A stretch of DNA of 64,000 nt from a virus (IMGVR_UViG_3300021425_003324:1-64000), one strand, 5' to 3'; positions 18,931-30,100 are shown, numbered from the stretch's first letter. The notes: generated by a model not told the origin, from the letters alone. Numbers and translations are program-made.

Positions 18931-19386
18931 TTATAAACTCGCATCCTCCATGCCTGCTACTCTTAACTTAACAATGTTAGTAATTTGCCATTGTTTTTGA
19001 TCAAGGCCTTTTAGTATTCCTAACCATTTATTCCTTAATAAAGCAAACTCATTAACTATCTTTTCAAAATCAACGACATCTAGTTCTCCGTCTACATACT
19101 TTTCAACATCGCGACTAGACAATGCTCGTTGATAATTTTCTAAATACTTTTTGAAAAAAGAACTCCGTAATTTTCTTAGCTCAATATTCAGATAGTTTAA
19201 TATAGCTTCTATTTCTTGCAATTGGTTAAAACGATGTTCTACGATGCCTGGAAGTTCTGCAGCAAGTTTTTCTACATTACCTTTAATTTTGCATTCAAGT
19301 TTTGCATCTCTTAATTCAGCTTCAAAATGTAATATAGCATCTGGAATCTTGCCAATGTCTCTTGCAACTTCGCTATACCAGCCCAT
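18931..19386 (-). CDS. uvsY: Recombination mediator UvsY-like
   Basis: Helical, ~150 aa, EKYVDGE...W.I.N..K pattern, close to uvsX. Confidence 0.65.
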   Translation of the reverse strand: MGWYSEVARDIGKIPDAILHFEAELRDAKLECKIKGNVEKLAAELPGIVEHRFNQLQEIEAILNYLNIELRKLRSSFFKKYLENYQRALSSRDVEKYVDGELDVVDFEKIVNEFALLRNKWLGILKGLDQKQWQITNIVKLRVAGMEDASL

Positions 19387-19394
19387 TTAACCTT

Positions 19395-19604
19395 TCAATA
19401 TTCTTCATCTTCATCTATGTCTAAATAATAGGAAATTGCAATATCAAGTGTGTTGCAATTTCCTAATGAATTTTTCATTGCATCGTCCGACACTCCAAAG
19501 TCAGCAAGTAATTCTACAAAGTGTTCTGCTGCAACTGTTAACTGTTTTTTGTCGCAATGTTCTCGGAATAAACTCCAAATTTCAACTATCTGCTGTTCCG
19601 TCAT
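19395..19604 (-). CDS. Small acidic hypothetical protein
   Basis: ORF with AGAAG RBS and TATAAATA at 19635-19642 upstream. Confidence 0.7.
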   Translation of the reverse strand: MTEQQIVEIWSLFREHCDKKQLTVAAEHFVELLADFGVSDDAMKNSLGNCNTLDIAISYYLDIDEDEEY

Positions 19605-20658
19605 CTTCTATAATCTCCTCTTCCATAGATGGAGTATTTATATCTTTTTGTTTTTTTGGATAGTCTTGCATTACCATATCTAATAATTCGCCAGTCCAAT
19701 TTTTACGATATTCCTTATGTTCATTTCCTTCACTATCAATATATCGTAATCTATTTCCGTCTTTAACAAGATGACCTTGTTTTTCAAATAAGTCAACAAG
19801 GCCACTGTAAGGATTCATACCTGTTTCATAAGGAATCTTTACCTGTACTCCTTCAAATGGTTTTGCATAACGTGTTTTCATTACCTTACAAGCTGCACGG
19901 ATGCCTTGTACTTCTGAGGTTTTGTTACCGTCCTCGTCTTCTTTTAGTTTGAGTTTTTTCATTGCAACTACAATACTACTTGCATAGATAAAACCTTGTC
20001 CGCCTGAAATCTTATCATCTGGATCAAACATGTCTTGGCTAGCGTATGTATGATTAGTTGCTACAAGTCCTACGTTATGACTGCCGAACATGTTTACACA
20101 ATTCCTTACAAGTGCAGTAAGTGCTTTAGGTTTCCTACCCATATCACCTTTAAGATCGCCCTTGCCAAATTGATCAACATCAGTTGGTGTCAGTAACATG
20201 CCTAAACTGTCTATAACAAACAGTACTTTAGGTTTGTCTGCTCCTTCTAAATTTTTGTAGTCGTCAATAAAGACTGAGATAGTTTTAGCTACATCATCAA
20301 TCATACTCATATTAAGTTTTAGTAGCTTTTTTTCGCTTGTATCAACGTTTAAATTCCTAAGCCAGTCTTCATCAAGTGCATTCTCACTGTCAATAAGCAC
20401 AACAAAAATGTCTTGGTCTTGTGCTGCTTTTACAATGTTACCTGCACAGATATAACTCTTACCTGCACCAGATTCGCCTGCAAATACACTTACTTTACCT
20501 AATGGAATGCCTTTGTGAAAATCGCCTGAAATAAGATAGTTTAGTGCATAGTTGCCAGTTGAAATCCAATCAGTTGGATCATTAAAACCAGCACTCATGC
20601 CTGTGATAGATTTTGTTAATTGTGTTCTAAATTTACTTGGATCAAATGCTTTTGCCAT
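19582..20658 (-). CDS. uvsX: RecA-like recombinase UvsX
   Basis: ISTGNYALN, GESGAGKS, IDSE, VIDSLG, SGGQG, KTR. Confidence 0.93.
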   Translation of the reverse strand: MAKAFDPSKFRTQLTKSITGMSAGFNDPTDWISTGNYALNYLISGDFHKGIPLGKVSVFAGESGAGKSYICAGNIVKAAQDQDIFVVLIDSENALDEDWLRNLNVDTSEKKLLKLNMSMIDDVAKTISVFIDDYKNLEGADKPKVLFVIDSLGMLLTPTDVDQFGKGDLKGDMGRKPKALTALVRNCVNMFGSHNVGLVATNHTYASQDMFDPDDKISGGQGFIYASSIVVAMKKLKLKEDEDGNKTSEVQGIRAACKVMKTRYAKPFEGVQVKIPYETGMNPYSGLVDLFEKQGHLVKDGNRLRYIDSEGNEHKEYRKNWTGELLDMVMQDYPKKQKDINTPSMEEEIIEDDGTADS

Positions 20659-20682
20659 AATTGTGCCTTAAAAAGTCAGAAT

Positions 20683-20705
20683 GCAAGGAACAATTTGTTC
20701 CTTGC
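20683..20705 (-). terminator. Perfect 11-bp inverted repeat between gp32 and uvsX (terminator or processing stem)
   Basis: GCAAGGAACAA-T-TTGTTCCTTGC; U-tract only after a short gap on the minus strand. Confidence 0.6.
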
Positions 20706-20714
20706 TAATATGTG

Positions 20715-21674
20715 TTAGTCTGCTTGTCTTGCTCGGATCATTGCAAGGATGTCTTTTGCGTTATCTCCACCTGCACTAGTTTCTGCTACTACAGGCTCGC
20801 TTACTGTAACAGTTTCTTCTTTTGTTTCTACTACTGTAGTTGTAGTAGGAGTAGAACTTGCATTAGTATTAGGATCTCCAGTCATTGCTGACATTCCTGC
20901 TGGTCGGAAGTATTGACTCCATCGTTCACTGTCATATGCTTCTCCGTCGACACTAGCTTCAAACATCTGCTGCATGATTTTCATTTCAACATCTGTTGGC
21001 TTTTTAGGAAGGAAATCATTCAAACTAAATAGTCCAAATGTATTAATTGCATGCATTTCTTTATCATTAAGTGGACGTTCTCTACGTGCCCAATTACTTG
21101 TTGAATAATCAGCAAATCCACCTTTGGATGTCTTATTAAGACGGAAGTCAATGCCACTTGTATAATCAGTTGGCAATTCTTCCATATCCGGATCCATTAA
21201 CGCTTGTTTAATAATCTGGAAAATTTGAGGACCAATAATAAATCTGCGGATTGGATTTTCTGGTACTGTTTCTTCTTTTAGTGGATCATCGTTTACAAAA
21301 CCTTGGAAAAGATACGAACGCTTTTTCCAATACTTGCGACCCATTTCTTCTAGACTAGAGTCTTTAAACCAGCCACGTACCTCATTAAGGATAGCACAGC
21401 TCTCGCCATACATTTCCATACAAGGAATTTGAACCTGTACTGGTTTACTGTCGGTTTCTCCTTTTACACCTGCAAAAGGAAGTTTAATCATTAATCTCTC
21501 TCGCCAGAAAAAAGTATTGTTGTTGTCACCGTCTGGAAGGAACCTAAGAGATGCAGTAGTACCCTCTGCCATGTTCCAAAAGGGATAGATACCGTTATCA
21601 CCACCGGATGTGTTTCCACCTTGTCTTGATTCTTGTTCTTTGAGTTTTGCTCGAATTTCTGCTAAAGTTGCCAT
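20715..21674 (-). CDS. Single-stranded DNA-binding protein (T4 gp32-like)
   Basis: LRFLPD, PC...C, YWKKRSY, G.DF.L.K...YS.S; low-complexity tail. Confidence 0.85.
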   Translation of the reverse strand: MATLAEIRAKLKEQESRQGGNTSGGDNGIYPFWNMAEGTTASLRFLPDGDNNNTFFWRERLMIKLPFAGVKGETDSKPVQVQIPCMEMYGESCAILNEVRGWFKDSSLEEMGRKYWKKRSYLFQGFVNDDPLKEETVPENPIRRFIIGPQIFQIIKQALMDPDMEELPTDYTSGIDFRLNKTSKGGFADYSTSNWARRERPLNDKEMHAINTFGLFSLNDFLPKKPTDVEMKIMQQMFEASVDGEAYDSERWSQYFRPAGMSAMTGDPNTNASSTPTTTTVVETKEETVTVSEPVVAETSAGGDNAKDILAMIRARQAD

Positions 21675-21724
21675 AATATGCCTTTCTATAAATTGTTAAA
21701 TGTGCCTTAGCTGTTGCCTTTAAT

Positions 21725-21770
21725 GTGTAGCACAAACATATATGCTACACGAGTATTTATCAAATGTCAA
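21725..21770 (-). promoter_or_regulatory. Composite gp32 promoter: TTGACA-N17-TAGCAT with nested late ATAAATA and an 8-bp inverted repeat
   Basis: TTGACA 21770-21765, ATAAATA 21760-21754, TAGCAT 21747-21742, GTGTAGCA/TGCTACAC at 21725-21750. Confidence 0.65.
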
Positions 21771-21794
21771 TAATTAAATTACTGATTTGATAGA

Positions 21795-21980
21795 TTATTT
21801 GTGATCATCTGTGCAGTGTGTATGCCAGTATGAACTTCCGTGTTGATCATCGTGATCATGATGTTGCCATGAATTGCAATGATCGTGCTCGTGCATCCGT
21901 GACATATGGTGTTCTCTGTGTGGTGTAGTACAAGCTGCGAGTAAAATAGTTGCAGCCGCTACAGTAAAAAATAATTTCAT
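21795..21980 (-). CDS. His-rich small lipoprotein
   Basis: AAGGA RBS; signal peptide with lipobox LAAC; 13 His in the ~44-aa mature part. Confidence 0.75.
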   Translation of the reverse strand: MKLFFTVAAATILLAACTTPHREHHMSRMHEHDHCNSWQHHDHDDQHGSSYWHTHCTDDHK

Positions 21981-21989
21981 AATTTCCTT

Positions 21990-23873
21990 TTATGCAATTC
22001 CAGCAAGCTTCAAAATATCTTGTGCTTCTGTGCTGTACTTATTTTCGTCTTCATATGTCTTTGTAAATTGCGGATCAACTTCGTGTATTTTATTGCCATA
22101 CATCATTTTTAATTTATGGAAAGCAGAATTAGGCAATACCATGACTTCTGAATTTTCATCAGCAACTTCTATGTAACCGGCAAATCTTCTGTCATTCTGT
22201 ATGTCGTAATAATCTTCCGTGTCAGGAACTACAAAATATCGTCTATCACTTTTTGGTTTAGGATCAATTAATCTTTCTTCTACATCGTCATCCATTAACA
22301 CACCATCGGCATCAGTATCATAACCGTTGTACTCTTGGAATTTTTGGTTTATAGCCTCAATAAATTGTTTGGCTGGATTGATTAAATTTTCTCCATAATC
22401 CTTTTCTACAGCAGTTAATACAGCAGTTTCTCCTTTTGGAAATTGGCCTGTTTCTCTATCATACATGCTTAAAATAAATTCTGTTACTGGTATACTTTGC
22501 TTAGGCTTAAGATCATCTTCCGAAAGAGCATTATCTACCATATCATCTGCCCATTCTTCAAATTCTAAAAATTGAGCGTTTTCTGTTGGAACTTTAGGAG
22601 CTTTCTTTTCATTTCTACTATGTACGTATGTAATATATTTTTTTGTTAGAGGTCCTGCGCTTGAAATTGGTCCACTATATTGTAGATCCCATTCACCTTT
22701 CATTTGCTTATAAACATCCATACCAACTGCATTACCTATCATTTTAGGAACAATTAATGTATTATCTTGAGTATCTAATAATGCATATTTAGAGCCAGCA
22801 GTTGTAGTTACTCCTACCATTTCAAAACCATCTGGTAAAGGTTTTTTGAAATTTTGTAATTTTACAGGTCCTAACATTTCGTCAATAATATTATTAGGGG
22901 TAACTTTTTCAGCTTGTTTTTCGCTAATTAATTTGTAAATATAAGGAAACACTTCTTGTAATTCTTCGTTGAATTGCTTGATAGTTAATTGATCAATCCA
23001 ATTTTCTGCAACATCTTGTGGAACTTCTTGTAGATCTTCATTAGTGAAATTTTCTACCATTTCTCGATATCTATTTTCTTTTTGGATGCTTTCGATAGTT
23101 TTCTTTACAGTTGTAATACGATCATTTACAATGTCTGCATATTCAGACAAGCCTTCTGCCATAACACTTGATCGACTTACATAATTTTTAAACTTCTTAA
23201 GTTTACCTAATTCTTCGCTAAGACTTACAATATGCTTGCCAAAATCGTCGTGCATTGTACCACCTTCTGATACGTGTCTAGCCATTGCCCGTGCGCCATT
23301 TAAATGCTTGATAGGGTATTTAAACCTTTCGCCTTCGGCATTTTCTACATATATATTTTCTATATGTTGTGTTCGGCCACTTGCTAGATTATTATTAACT
23401 GGTTGTGAATGTTTGATGCTTAATCTAGCAGCACCTATATCTTGATAACTAGTTTTACTAGTTCCATAAAGTCGTGATTCTGTCATTGCTCCTTCTCCGG
23501 CGTTTTTAGCTAAAAATTGATAGTCTCTTCTATTTAAATTACTTTTTGTTATGTCTCTTACATCAAAAGTTAATAATCTCTTTTTTGAAAAGTTTCTTAA
23601 TTCTCTTAAAAATGCATACCAATTTTTCTTTGTAGTTGCATCTTGCCCTTCTACAAAATTTTGTGCATACATAATGTTCAAACTTTTTTCGTCAAGAGCT
23701 ATACTTACTTTGCCCAAACTGTCACCATTTTCTGTAAAATCAAAATCAAAAAATCTAGCTTCTTTTGGTTCGTTGGTTACATTTCCTTTTTCGTCACCTA
23801 GTGTAACACTGGGAAATTTTCCTCTAACTTTGTTAAATAACTCTTCGCCTATAAAATTAATATTCTTTTCCAT
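21990..23873 (-). CDS. Large hypothetical head-associated protein; start likely MEKNINF at 23873
   Basis: ATAAATA 5 nt upstream of 23873; acidic; C-terminal ILKLAGI. Confidence 0.6.
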   Translation of the reverse strand: MEKNINFIGEELFNKVRGKFPSVTLGDEKGNVTNEPKEARFFDFDFTENGDSLGKVSIALDEKSLNIMYAQNFVEGQDATTKKNWYAFLRELRNFSKKRLLTFDVRDITKSNLNRRDYQFLAKNAGEGAMTESRLYGTSKTSYQDIGAARLSIKHSQPVNNNLASGRTQHIENIYVENAEGERFKYPIKHLNGARAMARHVSEGGTMHDDFGKHIVSLSEELGKLKKFKNYVSRSSVMAEGLSEYADIVNDRITTVKKTIESIQKENRYREMVENFTNEDLQEVPQDVAENWIDQLTIKQFNEELQEVFPYIYKLISEKQAEKVTPNNIIDEMLGPVKLQNFKKPLPDGFEMVGVTTTAGSKYALLDTQDNTLIVPKMIGNAVGMDVYKQMKGEWDLQYSGPISSAGPLTKKYITYVHSRNEKKAPKVPTENAQFLEFEEWADDMVDNALSEDDLKPKQSIPVTEFILSMYDRETGQFPKGETAVLTAVEKDYGENLINPAKQFIEAINQKFQEYNGYDTDADGVLMDDDVEERLIDPKPKSDRRYFVVPDTEDYYDIQNDRRFAGYIEVADENSEVMVLPNSAFHKLKMMYGNKIHEVDPQFTKTYEDENKYSTEAQDILKLAGIA

Positions 23874-23884
23874 AATTGTATTTA

Positions 23885-25465
23885 TCAATAGTTGGTGCTT
23901 ACAAAGATAGGCATCGGTGCCTGATAATCTTCCTCTTCGTCCATGGTTTTGAATGAATTATATATACGTGGATCCCAATCTCGTAATATACTAATAATAC
24001 GTAGACATAACAACAATGCACTTACTAAATCGTCTGTTTCTTCTAATTTTCCTCTATAAGTGGTCCCTACAGCAACAAAGTTTTTTAACTCGCTGATTAA
24101 CGGAGCACTTGTAATTTGCAATTTATTATTTTCAATCATTACTTTTAATTTACTACACGCTGTTAATTTACTGCTATGTGTTGTATTAAATCCTTTCCTA
24201 AACTTCCTTACATGACCTTTCCGTATAGGCTCACTTATAAATAGTCCAGGAATGTTTTCTTCTCCAAAATCATTAATTACCAATAATGCAGCTTCTCCAA
24301 TAGCGTTGTTTTCAACGCTCCAGTATATATTTGTTGCACTTTTTGTATGACTTGCAATGTAGTCACAAATATCTTTTAATACACGGATCTGTCCTGGTAT
24401 TGCAGTTGTATTATGCCGCCATTCGCCTACTTGTTTATATGTAGGTAATTCTATAATTTGGATAGCTGCATAATCTCCGCCCGTTCCCATACAAGGATCT
24501 AAGCCTACTACATATGTTGCATCAGGTTTTATTTTATCATACCAACGAGTCTGACCCATATTAACAACAACCTTAGATGCCTCCATTGTAGCAAGTGTCA
24601 TGCTATTAATAAGTGTTTCGTCATAAACTAAAAATTCACAACCGTATTCTCTGCGGAAACGTTCTTCACCGATCCTACCCATTTCAGCTTCGCGCCATTC
24701 TTCGTCCCGATCAGGGTGTTCATCCCAATGTACTGTAAAGCTATGGAAACCATTTAATCCTAATTCTTGCTCATTTCCATGGTCGTCATATTTTTGTTCT
24801 GCTTGTTTCCATATTGTTGCAAAAGTATCTTCGTCTGAATTTGGTGTACTAGTTATGATTGCACGACCACCAGTGGCAAGTGTTGGTGATATACTAGTCC
24901 AAAATTCTTCTGCAATGTTTGGGGCAACAAACGCAAACTCATCACAATAAAGTAAAGATATACTCATACCTCTACCAGTGTTATCTGTTGTAGTAGCACT
25001 TACGATGCGAGATCCATTTTCAAATTCGATGCTACCTTTATTATAACTAGTAACCCCTGCTCTAATATAATCCGGACACATTTCATAAACATATCTAACC
25101 CTTTGCATAATTTCTTGTGCGCCTGTATACTTGTGGGCAGCAATTAAAATCGTTTGGTCAGGGTTAAACATTGCAAACCAAGTTAGATAAATTGCTGCAC
25201 AAGTAGTTTTACCTGTTTGCCTGGGCAACATGTTGATATTAAATCGATATTTGTGATATGTAGCAAAAAGTCTGACTTGGTATTCAAAAGGATCAAATTT
25301 TAATTTGCCTTTTACAGGATGTTGAATATATGCAAAATTTTTAGAGAAGTACAGGTATCCATCTTGAGGATCCATACATTTCATAAGATCCTCAATTTGT
25401 TCATTTGTAAAAGTTTCTGTTTGGTTTGCTTTTTTAGTTATTACACCGTCTAAGGATTTACTCAT
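23885..25465 (-). CDS. terL: Terminase large subunit (T4 gp17-like)
   Basis: PRQTGKTT, RGMS..LLYCDEFAF, STPN, FRREY.CEF, GLDP, ENN, DDLV. Confidence 0.95.
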   Translation of the reverse strand: MSKSLDGVITKKANQTETFTNEQIEDLMKCMDPQDGYLYFSKNFAYIQHPVKGKLKFDPFEYQVRLFATYHKYRFNINMLPRQTGKTTCAAIYLTWFAMFNPDQTILIAAHKYTGAQEIMQRVRYVYEMCPDYIRAGVTSYNKGSIEFENGSRIVSATTTDNTGRGMSISLLYCDEFAFVAPNIAEEFWTSISPTLATGGRAIITSTPNSDEDTFATIWKQAEQKYDDHGNEQELGLNGFHSFTVHWDEHPDRDEEWREAEMGRIGEERFRREYGCEFLVYDETLINSMTLATMEASKVVVNMGQTRWYDKIKPDATYVVGLDPCMGTGGDYAAIQIIELPTYKQVGEWRHNTTAIPGQIRVLKDICDYIASHTKSATNIYWSVENNAIGEAALLVINDFGEENIPGLFISEPIRKGHVRKFRKGFNTTHSSKLTACSKLKVMIENNKLQITSAPLISELKNFVAVGTTYRGKLEETDDLVSALLLCLRIISILRDWDPRIYNSFKTMDEEEDYQAPMPIFVSTNY

Positions 25466-25468
25466 TTT

Positions 25469-27172
25469 TTATTTAGCGAAACTTGAAATCAAATTTATGA
25501 TATTGCCAGCGGACATTCCATGTTTTTGCAAAGCATCTATAGCTTGTTTTGTAACATTCATAACTTCTTGAGGTACATTTTGAGCAGCATTACCTTGATT
25601 TCCTGCAGCATTAATTGCGGCTGCGGCAGCTTTTCCTCTATCCGCTGCTTTATTTCCTGCTGCTTGTCCTGCTTGTGCTTTAGGTGCTGCTTTGGTAGCT
25701 CTTAGTCGTGCCTGTTGTCGTGCTTGGCTAACATTCTTTGGCCTTGGTTGTCCGCCTGCTTGTGCATTAGGTCGAAACCCTTGCGCTCTATCTCCAGCTT
25801 GAGCTTGTTGTTGCATTTGCTGATTGCCTGCTGATTGTCCTGGGCTGTCTGCGGTAGTAGCCATTGCCTGTGCTGTGTTTGCTGGACCTTTAGGTGCTGC
25901 TCCACCTGAACGTTGCTGTTGGAAATAATTTGCTTGATCATTTGTTGCTGGCTTGGCTGCTGGCTTGGCTGCTCCACCTGAACGTTGCTGTTGGAAATAA
26001 TTTGCTTGATCATTTGTTGCTGGCTTGGCTGCTCCACCCTTTTTCTCTGCTCCTGTAGGTTGTGTTTGTGAAATATCTGGTTGAGTTGCCGGTTCTGCTG
26101 TTGGCTCTTGTCCTTTTGGCGGAGTAGGAGGCGGACCTGCTTGGGGATTAGTTGTACCTCCACTTAATTCTTGGTCCCCAGTAGCTGCTTGTGTATTATC
26201 TGCTGGTGGTGCTTGTTGATCGTTTGCTGGTGGTGCTTGTTGATCGTTTGCTGGTGGTGCTTGTTGATCGTTTGCTGGTGGTGCTTGTTGATCGTTTGCT
26301 GGTGGTGCTTGTTGAGCATTATCGTCTGTAGCAGAAACCTTCTGCGCTTGGGTCTGATCTTGTTTTTCTGCATCTTTATCCCCTTTGTTTGCAGATCCAA
26401 CACTTTGAGCATTTTTTATAAATTCATTCTCTTTGTCTATTAAGCCAAATTGATCGCCGCCACTTTTATAATGATCTCTCTTTTGCTCTAAATATTTTAT
26501 CATTTGTTCTTTATTAAACGTAACTGTGCTACCAGTTCCATAAGTCTGTGTTGATTTATAAGTATCAGGCTGCTTTTTTATATTTGCAATCTCTGCATCA
26601 AGCTGTGCTGCAGGGTCCTGTTTCTGTTTGTTCTTATTAGCCGCAGGTTTCTTTGCAGGTTTTGTTGTTGTTGTTTGGGTTTTTTTCGTAGTTTGCGGTT
26701 GTGTATCATCTCCACCATTGAACCAGCCAGAAACAGTATCTATACCTTTCTTCAGCCAATCAACTTCATCTAATTTTTCGTATTTTTCATATAAGTTTTT
26801 TTTTAACTGTGCTTTTAATTTTTCCTCATAGGTTATAGCAGGATCTTTAGCTCGTAACGCACCTTTGTCTTTTTTCCTATTTAAGCCACCAGATAAATCC
26901 TGTAGCATGTATGAATCATCTTGATATTCTTCGTCTGGAGAATTAGCATATTCTTCTTCTACTGCTTCTCCACATGGTGTATCCATGCTGTGGGCGGCAG
27001 CACAAGCAGGACACATATGCTCTCCTTCGTCAGGCATAGGTTGATTAATGTCCATGTCTGTGACTAGATGTGCAGTGTCTAATCCTGCGTTTTTTAGAAT
27101 TGCCATTAATTCTAAGACTTCGCTGCTGGTGTTTCCAGTCATTGATATATTCATACTTGCTTCTTTTAACAT
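25469..27172 (-). CDS. Q/A/P-rich low-complexity protein, probable internal head protein
   Basis: YANSPDEEY..SGGLN motif, ILKNAGL, tandem repeats. Confidence 0.6.
   Translation of the reverse strand: MLKEASMNISMTGNTSSEVLELMAILKNAGLDTAHLVTDMDINQPMPDEGEHMCPACAAAHSMDTPCGEAVEEEYANSPDEEYQDDSYMLQDLSGGLNRKKDKGALRAKDPAITYEEKLKAQLKKNLYEKYEKLDEVDWLKKGIDTVSGWFNGGDDTQPQTTKKTQTTTTKPAKKPAANKNKQKQDPAAQLDAEIANIKKQPDTYKSTQTYGTGSTVTFNKEQMIKYLEQKRDHYKSGGDQFGLIDKENEFIKNAQSVGSANKGDKDAEKQDQTQAQKVSATDDNAQQAPPANDQQAPPANDQQAPPANDQQAPPANDQQAPPADNTQAATGDQELSGGTTNPQAGPPPTPPKGQEPTAEPATQPDISQTQPTGAEKKGGAAKPATNDQANYFQQQRSGGAAKPAAKPATNDQANYFQQQRSGGAAPKGPANTAQAMATTADSPGQSAGNQQMQQQAQAGDRAQGFRPNAQAGGQPRPKNVSQARQQARLRATKAAPKAQAGQAAGNKAADRGKAAAAAINAAGNQGNAAQNVPQEVMNVTKQAIDALQKHGMSAGNIINLISSFAK
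25896..26038. repeat. Coding direct repeat (~60-72 bp; PATNDQANYFQQQRSGGAA x2)
   Basis: GCTGCTCCACC recurs at 25896, 25968 and 26028 with identical intervening cores. Confidence 0.85.
26201..26315. repeat. 24-bp perfect tandem repeat x4.8 encoding (QQAPPAND)n
   Basis: TGCTGGTGGTGCTTGTTGATCGTT at 26201, 26225, 26249, 26273, partial at 26297. Confidence 0.95.
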
Positions 27173-27183
27173 TATTTTTCCTC

Positions 27184-30100
27184 TTAATAAAACTCTTTTA
27201 ATAAACCTGCGTTTTTTAATAATCTTCTAAAATCTGTGCTGTCTCTTACTTGAACATTAGCAGTAGCAGCCTCTTTATTTTTCTGTGCTGCTGCAGTGTT
27301 GGCCTCTGCTTCTGTATCATAATATGTTATATCTAATGCATTTTCTTTATTGTATACACGGTATTGTGTTTTTCTGTCTTTCGTAACGGTATCTACTACA
27401 TATTTCGCAGGTACATCTCCGGTTTGTACCGGATTCGTGATCTCTCCTGGATTTGGTGCTTGGTTTAGATTGTTGACATTTGAAGGCTGACCAGCATTGG
27501 CAGTCGATCCGTATAATTGCTTATACTTATCAATAACATTTTTTTGTCTTAGTAACGAATCGTTGATCGCTGTTTTTAATACGTCACTTGTTTTAGGATA
27601 CTTTAGCATCGCAGTTAGGTCTTGATACTCATCATCATATGTGTTAAACCAATTATTATAAGCTGTCTTTTTATCTGTATCGTTCATTTTCTGATCATTA
27701 AGTATTTTTAACATATTTTGTGCTGATGCGTTCAGTTGTTGAATATCTTTTAAATCACTTTCATCAGTTTTACCATTACCTGTAATTGGAGTTGTAACTG
27801 ACGGTCTTGGATCTGGTATGATCTCGCTAGCTCTACCTCTGGCAAATTCTTTTGCTGCTTCTTCTGTCTTAAATGGTCCTCCTTTTACTTTTGCAACACC
27901 TTCAGGTCTTTGTACATATACATCATATCCAAGATCTGTTTGTCTAATAAAATGTGGATATTTCCTTTCCCTACCTTGATAATTACTTGTATCTGTACCC
28001 CAGCTTCCTACTGATTGGTCATTTACATCTGGTCCTTGTAACTCGCTTGGTTTTTGATCACTCTGTTTATTGCCAAAGTCTACCCTCTGTGGGCTAGTGT
28101 CTATATAGGATCCATCTTTCCTTTTTGTTTTCCAACGATCATTAGGAGCATTAAGGATATCTCCACCTCCAGGACCATCGCCAGCCATATCATTCCATTT
28201 TTTAAGTTTTGCCCATTCGGCTTGATCAATGAATTCCAAATTCCTACTTTTCAGCATATCAATAATTGCTTTATAAGCGGCTTGGCTCATATCTTTTGAT
28301 ATTTGACGTGCAATTTTGTAAGATCCACCATTGGCAGTGTCTTGATTAACAATATTTAAAGTATCACTTAGATTTGCTCCAGCATTACTTTCACTATCTC
28401 TTATTCTATCAACATAATATGTCCTTGATTGCGGCAGCCTTAGCAAATTGTTAATTTCTGTTGGCAACGGTATAAATCTTTCATAATGTAATTTATCTGT
28501 TTTGCGTTGTTGTACAAACTTTTGTCCAACCTTTTTACCAAACTCACTACCTACTTTCCTTGCTGCTGCCCCGCCATCAGCTGTAGTTTGTCCAGATTGT
28601 AGAGCTTCTATAGATTGGAAAACTCCGTTTATGTCTCGCACCATTTTTGATGCAAATTGTTTGTCAAAATTAATTAACCCATCTACTTCCGGACCGTTTA
28701 TATATACATTCAATATGCTAGCCAATGCTTCTAATCTAGCCCGATCATTTGCAAGTTCTTTTACATCTATGTCAGCTTCAAACAACCTTTTACCTATTAT
28801 TTTTTTTGCTTCAGTTTTTTTAGCAGATTGGGGATATTTTTTTAGATAATAATGAATAGCATCTTTAATGATAGTGTAATTATCTTTTGTTACCCTTAAT
28901 TTCCTAATGTCTCTTGGCGACATTTTTAGAATTGAATCAACAGTTAGACCTTTAGAGGATTGTTCTGGTGGTTGATTTGCTGATGCATCGTCTGATGTAA
29001 CACCATACATTTTATTAAGTTCATCTTGACTCTTCATTGGCTTTGTTGAATCATCAGCAGTTTTTGTAATGTCAAATTCTTCTTGCGGATTAACTTTTTG
29101 TTGTTGATAGGTTATAGAAGCAGGTAATAAATTTTTGTTCAACTGAGCTTGAGCTATCTTACGGTGTTTTGGATCTGAAAAGTCTACGTTATCACTTTCA
29201 AATTCACCTCTTGGCATTTTATCACCAAGTTTTTTGCTTAACTCGGTTTGTTTAGCACGAGAATAAAATACTTGAGGAGGATTTGTTGCTGTATCTACAT
29301 GCGATATTAATCCTTCTAAACCTAGTTCCTGGGCAATTATACCATAAAAATTATTCATCGCATTCCATCTTGTATCAAAGAAACCTACTTCTCCTAATAC
29401 TTTATTCGCTTGGGTAACAAGATTGTCTGCTGTTGGATTCGAAAGGACTGCATTTATATAGTCAGCATAATATCCTAGATCTCCCTTAGATTTAGCATAT
29501 TGAGTGCCATCTGTTTTATCCTGCTTAAACTTATCTAATCTATCATTAGCATTGGCTTGTGTTTTAAGTCTTGCATCTGCTGCATCTCTTTCAGCATCTC
29601 TTTCAACATCGTCTGCATTACCTTTAAACGTTCCTGAAGATTTTGTGCCAGGATCAAATCCACTTGATCCTCCTAATGCAGGATCGTCAGTATCTGCTTG
29701 GGCTCGTTGTTTAGCTTTTGCGTAGACATCACCTTTTCTTTTTTGCCAGTCTATTTCTTCCCATGCATTTGTTGCTTCATCTGGTAACATATCTACCATT
29801 CTTGAAAACATATTTTTTATTGTGTTCCAATCTCTTTCGTCGTCAGCAGACATTATTTCAATTTTGCTCCAGTCGATATTTTCTCCTTTTTCAACCAGTC
29901 GAATATAATATCTTAATTCTTCATGGATAGATTCTGTTTTTTTCTTACTGCCATATGTGTAAGCATATTTCGCTAATAATCTTTGCGCTCTATTAATCCA
30001 TTCTTTCCAATTTCCCCTGTTTAATTCTTCTACTTCTTTTCCTTGGTACTGAACCATTTTAGTACTTTTCTTGCTACTTGGATCTAATTCATCATACCAT

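Noticed and set aside
1025-25465. Inteins in helicase, UvsW, UvsX or TerL
   Set aside because: Lengths are normal and no C...HN splice motifs are present
26201-26315. Short repeats as a possible CRISPR array
   Set aside because: Repeats are contiguous with no spacers and lie in frame within a coding region
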